Virus record (IMG/VR): IMGVR_UViG_3300011423_000027
Coordinates: 1 to 27,049 of that record
Source: a virus
Lineage: Duplodnaviria > Caudoviricetes
Reading direction: 5' to 3' (one strand)
Length of the DNA stretch: 27,049 nt
Shown here: positions 22,195-27,049 of the stretch, one piece after another
Layout of the letters: every line of letters starts with the position of its first letter
Numbering within the stretch: position 1 is the stretch's first letter
Program-made: the position numbers and the translations under genes
Notes under the pieces: model-generated
What the model was told of the DNA's origin: nothing
The model's input: only the letters and a program-made list of their open reading frames with translations
Database searches by the model: none

Positions 22195-25100
22195 TCTTCT
22201 AAAAAGCCCACTGCGCAGCGACAATTATGTACCAAAACCCCATTGGCGGTGTATAATCCACTACCAGTTTGGAGGTTGAACACGTGTCCAGAAAAACGAA
22301 CCCTGCGCTTCTCAAGAACGTAGTCCGGCTTTACCTGGGCGGAGCTTCTGAGCAACTCATCGCCAAAATGCTCCGCGTGTCCCGCAGGCCCATCAGGAAC
22401 CACTTGATCTCTAATGGTGTCGTACCTCGCGGAAGATCGGCGGCCATGGTCCAACGCATGCGCAACGCTACTCCCGAGCAGCGGCGACGTTGGGCGGAAG
22501 CCGCTCATGCGGCTGTCCGAGGCTGCAAGAAGACTCCGGCTCATGCCATGAAGGTGGCCCTGGCTATCGCCGCGTCGAAAGAGCGCCGTCTCTCCATGGC
22601 CGGACGCGGAGAGGAGCCTATGATCCGCTGGCTTCGCAGCCTCGGTTGTACCCCGCAATGGCAGCTGCAAGCTGGCACCCGCAATATCGACGTGGCCATC
22701 CAGCCCATCGCCGTGGAAGTCCACTGCTCCAATGCGAACCCTCTGAGGAACAGCCACAGACGCGAGCGCACCATAGACCTCCTCGATCAGGGATGGCATG
22801 TGCTCTGGATTTGGGCGACCAGCAAGGAGCCTCTTACCAAAGCCGCGGCTCATTACGCGGTCGCCTGGTACCAGGAGACCAAGAGGAACCCAGCCGCGAG
22901 TCGTGAGTACAGGATGATTTGGGGTACCGGAAAGCCTGTGCCCGAAGGCTGTGCGGATCTCGAATAGATCGCCGTTGTAGTAGCGCCTGAAGGCTCTCTC
23001 GATCCCTGACGCTTGGACTTCCGTGTTGCCAGGGAAGCACTGAATTGTCTGCGAAGCCGGAGCCCCGAGGCTCGTATCTCCCGGCCACTGGAGCTGCGCG
23101 CCTCCAACGAGGAAAGGCTGATCCATGGGAACGATCTGCCCGTCTGCGGCGGCGTGGGCGTCGCGCGTCCGCTCGTCCGCCGTCGCGATCCATTGCTTTC
23201 GGAGCACGAGCCCCGTAGCCTTCGCGGCCTCGACCGCTCCCAGGTTCGATGCGTTGATTACCTCGGTCCTCGCAATCACCTCGGAGCGATGCGGGATAAT
23301 GTCTTCGAGGTAGAGGGCATCAACCCGCTTGGCCAGCGCGTCGATGCCCTCGCCTTTCTCGACTCCCTCTCCAAGGACGCTACGCACCGCTTGGCGCGTC
23401 GTCTGAATAATGCCGGTGATCTTGTCCCCGCTTTGCGTGAGGATGTACTTCGAGACGACGTCATCCCACGGGTCTATAGAGTCCTCGAGCGCCTTGGCTT
23501 CGAGCCCCGCGCCATAGCTCTTTCGCATCCGGCTCGTCGTGAGCTGAGCGAAGTCGCGTACCACCATCTGGTAGACGCCGACGTAAGCGCGCTGCCAGGA
23601 ATCCTTGTTCTTGCCGATCTCTGCCGCGGCAGCGTCGGCCAGCCCAGCGGCATAGCCCGCCTGCTTGATTGCGCGCAGAACCTTGTTTCGCTCCTCCTTC
23701 ATGAGCCCGCGGAAGATCCCGATTGCGCGGTCCTCGAAGTAATGCCGCCGGGCGTCGAAGGACTTCCAGTATTGGACGCGCACATCCTTCGTATCGAGGC
23801 CCGTCGATTCCTTGGCGGCGGCCTCAGCCGGCATGGACTGCGCGCGCGGAGGCGCTACGGTCTGCGGCTCCGGATCCTTGCCGCCCTTAAGCACCTCGCC
23901 CGTCTTTCCGTCGAGGAGCACCGTGCCGTACAGGATCAGGTCGCCCGCGGGGCTTGGCGCTTGGTCATAGCCGAGCGCCTCCCGCTTCTCGTTCAAGGTC
24001 AGCGAGTCCGCTTCCTTGATCCGCTTCCAGAGCAGCTCTTGCTGCTCCTTGAGCGCGGATACCTCGTCCAGGTTCGGCGCGAAGAAGAGATCCTCGCCGT
24101 ACGGCTTCACGAGCCATGCGTTAATGTCGTCGAGGATCCAGTAGAGGAGCGGGAGGATGTGGTCCTCGTAGAGCGAGCGCCGCGCCTCCTGGTAGTTCGC
24201 GAACGTCATCGCGTCCTTGTCCCCGAGCATCTGCGGCGGGTAACCCAGAGCCACGGCGACGCTGCGATCGGCCAATCGCATTCCTTCGAGCCACTCGAGC
24301 TCTTGCGCCGTTTGTGCCACGGGGGACCACTCGAGGTCGCCCTGCATGATCGGGTTCCCGGCGTTACGGAAGCCGCCGTACTTCTCGAGGAACTTCTTGA
24401 TCGCCTTATCCTTCTGCTCCTGGTTCATGTCCCACTTGCCCTTGAGGATCCCGGGCGGGCGCGCGTTCGAGGCAAGTAGGTTTTTGTTCCACTCGCGCGC
24501 ATGGTTCCCCTGGGCCACGGAGGCCTCCCCAGGGCGAAGCGGGGAGAGCCCGTCCCAGTCGTTATCTGGGTCCGGGAGGAAGAGCGGCAGCACGCGATCG
24601 AATGGGATCTTGCGCTCGCTGCCGTCTATCTGGGTATAGATCCAACCAGCGCGTGGGTTCGTCTCGGTCCGCAAGCGCATGCGATCCGGGCGCAGGAGCC
24701 GCAGCGCCTCGACGAGCCCGTCGTCCTGGATGGCCTCCGAATGGATGAAGGTTTTACCTGCCACGTAGAGATGGATCACCATCATCTGGACGAAGCGACG
24801 GCCGCCCTGCTCGGGGTTGGGACGCGCCATGAGGTCAATCAGCGGGTGCTCCTCGATCTCCGTCTGCTCCTCGCCTTCCTGGCGAAACAGACACCACGGG
24901 ACTTGCGACATTGCGCGCGAGAGGCCCATGATCGCCGCGTACGCTGTGGCGTTCTGCTCGAAGCCTTTCGTCACCCGGGCTCGGAAGCTGAAGAGGCTAT
25001 CCGAGCTATCGAGGAGGTCGAAAAGCTCCGAGAGCTCGACGGCTTTGCGCTCTGGGCGTGTGCCGTTGCGGGCTCGGGGGATCTTGACGGCGCGTTTCAT
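22191..25100 (-). CDS. HK97-family portal fused to a gpF/SPP1 gp7-like head morphogenesis domain, with a C-terminal intein
   Basis: Portal motifs (HPLIDLMARPNP, GLSPL, NAGNP, LGYPPQMLG, LTLNEKREALG) in about aa 1-400; gpF motifs (RSEVIARTE, KQWIATADERTRDAH, DGQIV, WPGD); splicing would restore TIQ-CRC. Confidence 0.93.
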   Translation of the reverse strand: MKRAVKIPRARNGTRPERKAVELSELFDLLDSSDSLFSFRARVTKGFEQNATAYAAIMGLSRAMSQVPWCLFRQEGEEQTEIEEHPLIDLMARPNPEQGGRRFVQMMVIHLYVAGKTFIHSEAIQDDGLVEALRLLRPDRMRLRTETNPRAGWIYTQIDGSERKIPFDRVLPLFLPDPDNDWDGLSPLRPGEASVAQGNHAREWNKNLLASNARPPGILKGKWDMNQEQKDKAIKKFLEKYGGFRNAGNPIMQGDLEWSPVAQTAQELEWLEGMRLADRSVAVALGYPPQMLGDKDAMTFANYQEARRSLYEDHILPLLYWILDDINAWLVKPYGEDLFFAPNLDEVSALKEQQELLWKRIKEADSLTLNEKREALGYDQAPSPAGDLILYGTVLLDGKTGEVLKGGKDPEPQTVAPPRAQSMPAEAAAKESTGLDTKDVRVQYWKSFDARRHYFEDRAIGIFRGLMKEERNKVLRAIKQAGYAAGLADAAAAEIGKNKDSWQRAYVGVYQMVVRDFAQLTTSRMRKSYGAGLEAKALEDSIDPWDDVVSKYILTQSGDKITGIIQTTRQAVRSVLGEGVEKGEGIDALAKRVDALYLEDIIPHRSEVIARTEVINASNLGAVEAAKATGLVLRKQWIATADERTRDAHAAADGQIVPMDQPFLVGGAQLQWPGDTSLGAPASQTIQCFPGNTEVQASGIERAFRRYYNGDLFEIRTAFGHRLSGTPNHPVLTTRGWVPLGLLVPGDRVMSRGFGKRLLAGRPNPEHMPSLIEEVYGALASVAVPQRVRIGAVDFHGDGLDGHVDIAGASLQLPLRGTTEAAKPADHRLLSASGHGETALFRRGDSQGHLHGMSRSLLAASDSRMSGFRPTSPLLGSSVAHALDHGRRSSARYDTIRDQVVPDGPAGHAEHFGDELLRSSAQVKPDYVLEKRRVRFSGHVFNLQTGSGLYTANGVLVHNCRCAVGFLEE
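22252..22275 (+). promoter_or_regulatory. Antisense -10 box and SD for the nested endonuclease gene
   Basis: TATAAT at 22252-22257, GGAGG at 22271-22275, GTG at 22284; no good -35 box. Confidence 0.65.
22284..22967 (+). CDS. Putative homing endonuclease (HTH + NUMOD3-like motif + Vsr/DUF559-like nuclease), antisense within the intein
   Basis: HTH LYLGGASEQLIAKMLRVSRRPIRNHL; RGCKKTPAHAMKVA; GEEPMIRWLRSLG...Q..AGTRNIDVAIQPIAVEVH...R...LLDQGWHVLWIW; own SD and -10 box. Confidence 0.8.
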   Translation: MSRKTNPALLKNVVRLYLGGASEQLIAKMLRVSRRPIRNHLISNGVVPRGRSAAMVQRMRNATPEQRRRWAEAAHAAVRGCKKTPAHAMKVALAIAASKERRLSMAGRGEEPMIRWLRSLGCTPQWQLQAGTRNIDVAIQPIAVEVHCSNANPLRNSHRRERTIDLLDQGWHVLWIWATSKEPLTKAAAHYAVAWYQETKRNPAASREYRMIWGTGKPVPEGCADLE

Positions 25101-25321
25101 GCTCTAACAAACCCGCCTGGTCTTGGGTACTGCATGATATGGTCCATTTGGTCAATGATCATCCGCGCCACGGTTGTCATGTTTTCTATCTGCTGTATTT
25201 CCTTGATCCGCACTCGTACCTGCCAACCGCGGCAATCCACCGTAAGCCACGTATCGCACGTTTTTACGTCGACGTTGCGACGACCGTACTTATCAAAAAG
25301 TAAATTGCAGATTGTATTCAT
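25097..25321 (-). CDS. Hypothetical protein (74 aa), lower GC
   Basis: ATGA overlaps at both ends (25318-25321 and 25097-25100). Confidence 0.65.
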   Translation of the reverse strand: MNTICNLLFDKYGRRNVDVKTCDTWLTVDCRGWQVRVRIKEIQQIENMTTVARMIIDQMDHIMQYPRPGGFVRA

Positions 25322-25584
25322 GCCGTGCTCCCGCCGCAGCTCTCGCATTGGAATCCGGATAGAACCTCCTGCTTCCCGCAGGTCGAGCACCACTTCTTCG
25401 GACCGAAGATCTCGATGTCGAGTGACGTGCTGCCCTCGTGTGGATGGATGTCCCCGAGATCCCTTCCGTAGCTGAACCTCGAGGCATCAAGGACTACAGC
25501 CGCCAGGGCATCCCATGCCTTTTTGGTTGCCTTGCCGGACTTGAAGTGCCGGATCACTCTCTCGACGTAGTCATCGACGGTCAT
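25318..25584 (-). CDS. Hypothetical protein with C-terminal zinc ribbon (88 aa)
   Basis: ATGA overlap at 25581-25584; CSTCG...CESCG. Confidence 0.68.
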   Translation of the reverse strand: MTVDDYVERVIRHFKSGKATKKAWDALAAVVLDASRFSYGRDLGDIHPHEGSTSLDIEIFGPKKWCSTCGKQEVLSGFQCESCGGSTA

Positions 25585-25913
25585 AGCGCTCGTATCCATC
25601 CATCCTTCGACAGGACCATGCCCTCTGGGGGTGAATGCCAGGTCGGAGGCTCTCGGTACCACCAGTGATGGTTCTCGTCGGGGTTGTAGCGATCGTCTAC
25701 GGCCAGCCGCGCCCCCGCTTTGTCTACGAGGAACGTTATGAAGGCCTCTGGCGACTCGTTCACCTGCCAGAACGGCACGCCATTGAGCCCCGCCTTGTCG
25801 TAACAGCGTCTCAGCCACTCCTTGTATGCGTTACCAATGAACCAAGGCTCGTCTGGGATCTCAAACGTTCCCAGACAGTGGTCCCCCTTCCAGATAGTGC
25901 GGGTAATGGTCAT
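25581..25913 (-). CDS. Hypothetical Trp-rich protein (110 aa)
   Basis: ATGA overlap with the terminase stop; GAGG SD; MTITRTIWKGDH... Confidence 0.68.
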   Translation of the reverse strand: MTITRTIWKGDHCLGTFEIPDEPWFIGNAYKEWLRRCYDKAGLNGVPFWQVNESPEAFITFLVDKAGARLAVDDRYNPDENHHWWYREPPTWHSPPEGMVLSKDGWIRAL

Positions 25914-27049
25914 GCGTACACCTCGACTGGGCAGCTCGACGCGAGCTCGTTGGCCGCGATCGACACCATGTCGACCAGGTCGTCGTGCCGGCCGTTCGGG
26001 AAGACCAAGAGCTCCCGCTCGAGGTCCCCGAGCCACGGCTCGGCCCGCGGGAAGAAGACGGTACCCGCGGAGAACCTCGTGGCCGGGAGCTGTGCACGCG
26101 CCACCTTGTCTCGGTCGGCCTTCACCTCGCGGACGGGCACACCGGTACGCACGACGCTCTGGATGAGCGCGAGCTGGTACGCCACGCTCTCGATCCCGAC
26201 GAAGCTCGGTTGGTAGCGCTCATTGATCCGCTCGATCAAAGGCGGTTGATCGGGCCCGGCAATGCGATCGTGGACCACCTCGAGGAGAATCAAGTCCCTC
26301 GATGGCGTGACTGCCCAGACGCCAAGGGCGAAGAAGTCAGCCGTTTGCTTCTCCGATACCGCGGGATCGACGGAGACGAAGCGCCAGCAATCCGCTTTCT
26401 TCACGGCCTCGGGACCGCCGGGCTTCTGGAGGGTATAGAACTCGGCGTCCTCCTCGTAGTAGCGGAACCATTGGCGCTTGAACATGGCCCCATCGCGCGC
26501 GCAGGGCTTCCCCTGGTAGAGCGCGTCAAACCAGTTCGGCCCGGCGCTCGCCTCCTCGTGGTCGCAGCGGAGGCGGTACGCGTTCAGGTACCCGGCCGTG
26601 TACCTCTCGGGCCATAGCGCCTCGCCCGGATCGCGCCCGAGCGGGTCGGCTTCCCCCAGGAGCGGATCGTGGTCGGCTATCGCAGGCAGCGTCAGCACTT
26701 CCCAGCCTTCCCGCTCCCCGGCCTCGATCTGCTTGATAAGGCGCCCCGAGATGTCGTCATCGCTCCAGCGCGTGGCGATGATGACGTAGCGAGTGGCCGG
26801 AGTGGCACGACTCTCGATCGTCGTCTGCCAGAAGTTCCAGGCCTTCTTTCGCTTCGTGTCCGTGAGGTCATCGGGATTCTTGATGAGGTCATCGCAGACG
26901 ATGAGATCCCCGCCCTTCCCGGTGATCTGCCCGCCGATACCGATAGAGTCCACGCGCCCGCGGCACCCCATGAGGCGGAACTTGTGAACGGCATGGGAGT
27001 CCTGTCGAATCTGTACTCCGAAAAGGGCAGGGCCCCAGCGGGTGACCAC
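25910..27049 (-). CDS. terL: Terminase large subunit (5' part outside the window)
   Basis: GGQITGKGGDLIVCDD (Walker B), IIATRWSDDD, ALWPERY, ALYQGKP, SVDPAVS, IESVAYQ, HDDLVD nuclease motifs. Confidence 0.95.
   Translation of the reverse strand: MVTRWGPALFGVQIRQDSHAVHKFRLMGCRGRVDSIGIGGQITGKGGDLIVCDDLIKNPDDLTDTKRKKAWNFWQTTIESRATPATRYVIIATRWSDDDISGRLIKQIEAGEREGWEVLTLPAIADHDPLLGEADPLGRDPGEALWPERYTAGYLNAYRLRCDHEEASAGPNWFDALYQGKPCARDGAMFKRQWFRYYEEDAEFYTLQKPGGPEAVKKADCWRFVSVDPAVSEKQTADFFALGVWAVTPSRDLILLEVVHDRIAGPDQPPLIERINERYQPSFVGIESVAYQLALIQSVVRTGVPVREVKADRDKVARAQLPATRFSAGTVFFPRAEPWLGDLERELLVFPNGRHDDLVDMVSIAANELASSCPVEVYA

Larger units (their letters stand above)
22224..23039 (-). mobile_element. 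Intein (272 aa, residues 688-959) inserted just before the conserved CRC motif of gpF
   Basis: Block A CFPGNTEV, block B LSGTPNHPVLT (TxxH), block F GHVFNLQT, block G NGVLVHN followed by Cys+1; no LAGLIDADG or HNH motif seen in its own frame. Confidence 0.95.
1..27049 (-). mobile_element. Temperate siphovirus/prophage segment (packaging, head, tail, integration and small-gene modules); extends beyond both window edges
   Basis: Canonical terminase-portal-protease-capsid-connector-tail-tape measure order, plus a tyrosine integrase beside a tRNA; no host housekeeping genes recognised. Confidence 0.97.

Noticed and set aside
23013-24479. 488-aa plus-strand ORF opposite portal/gpF (also 24501-25475)
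   Set aside because: Shadow translation rich in L/V/R/E with no recognisable domain
1-27049. CRISPR array, diversity-generating retroelement, group I/II intron, lysis cassette
   Set aside because: No regularly spaced repeats, reverse transcriptase, TR/VR pair, intron-like interruption or recognisable endolysin seen by eye

Overview
The whole window is part of a GC-rich temperate siphovirus (HK97-type head, long non-contractile tail), with almost all genes on the minus strand. In transcription order (right to left): large terminase (5'-truncated), three small coupled ORFs, a portal + gpF-like head-morphogenesis fusion interrupted by an intein, a double Com-like zinc-ribbon protein, prohead protease, major capsid, head-tail joining genes, tail tube, tail chaperone with a -1 frameshift, tape measure, and tail-tip genes with two predicted polysaccharide lyases and a LamG protein. 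These are followed by a plus-strand SmpA/OmlA-like lipoprotein, a tyrosine integrase, an RHH-like regulator, an intact tRNA-Gly(CCC), and a coupled operon of tiny ORFs. Three observations stand out. (1) The 272-aa intein shows no endonuclease in its own frame, but carries a complete HTH + Vsr/DUF559-like endonuclease gene on the opposite strand, with its own TATAAT and GGAGG signals. (2) A 31-nt structured element is repeated just upstream of the protease and tail-tube start codons; it is a candidate RNA operator for the Com-like protein. (3) One fibronectin-III domain is split into complementary halves at the C-termini of two different tail proteins. All family assignments come from reading motifs by eye; no database search was run.
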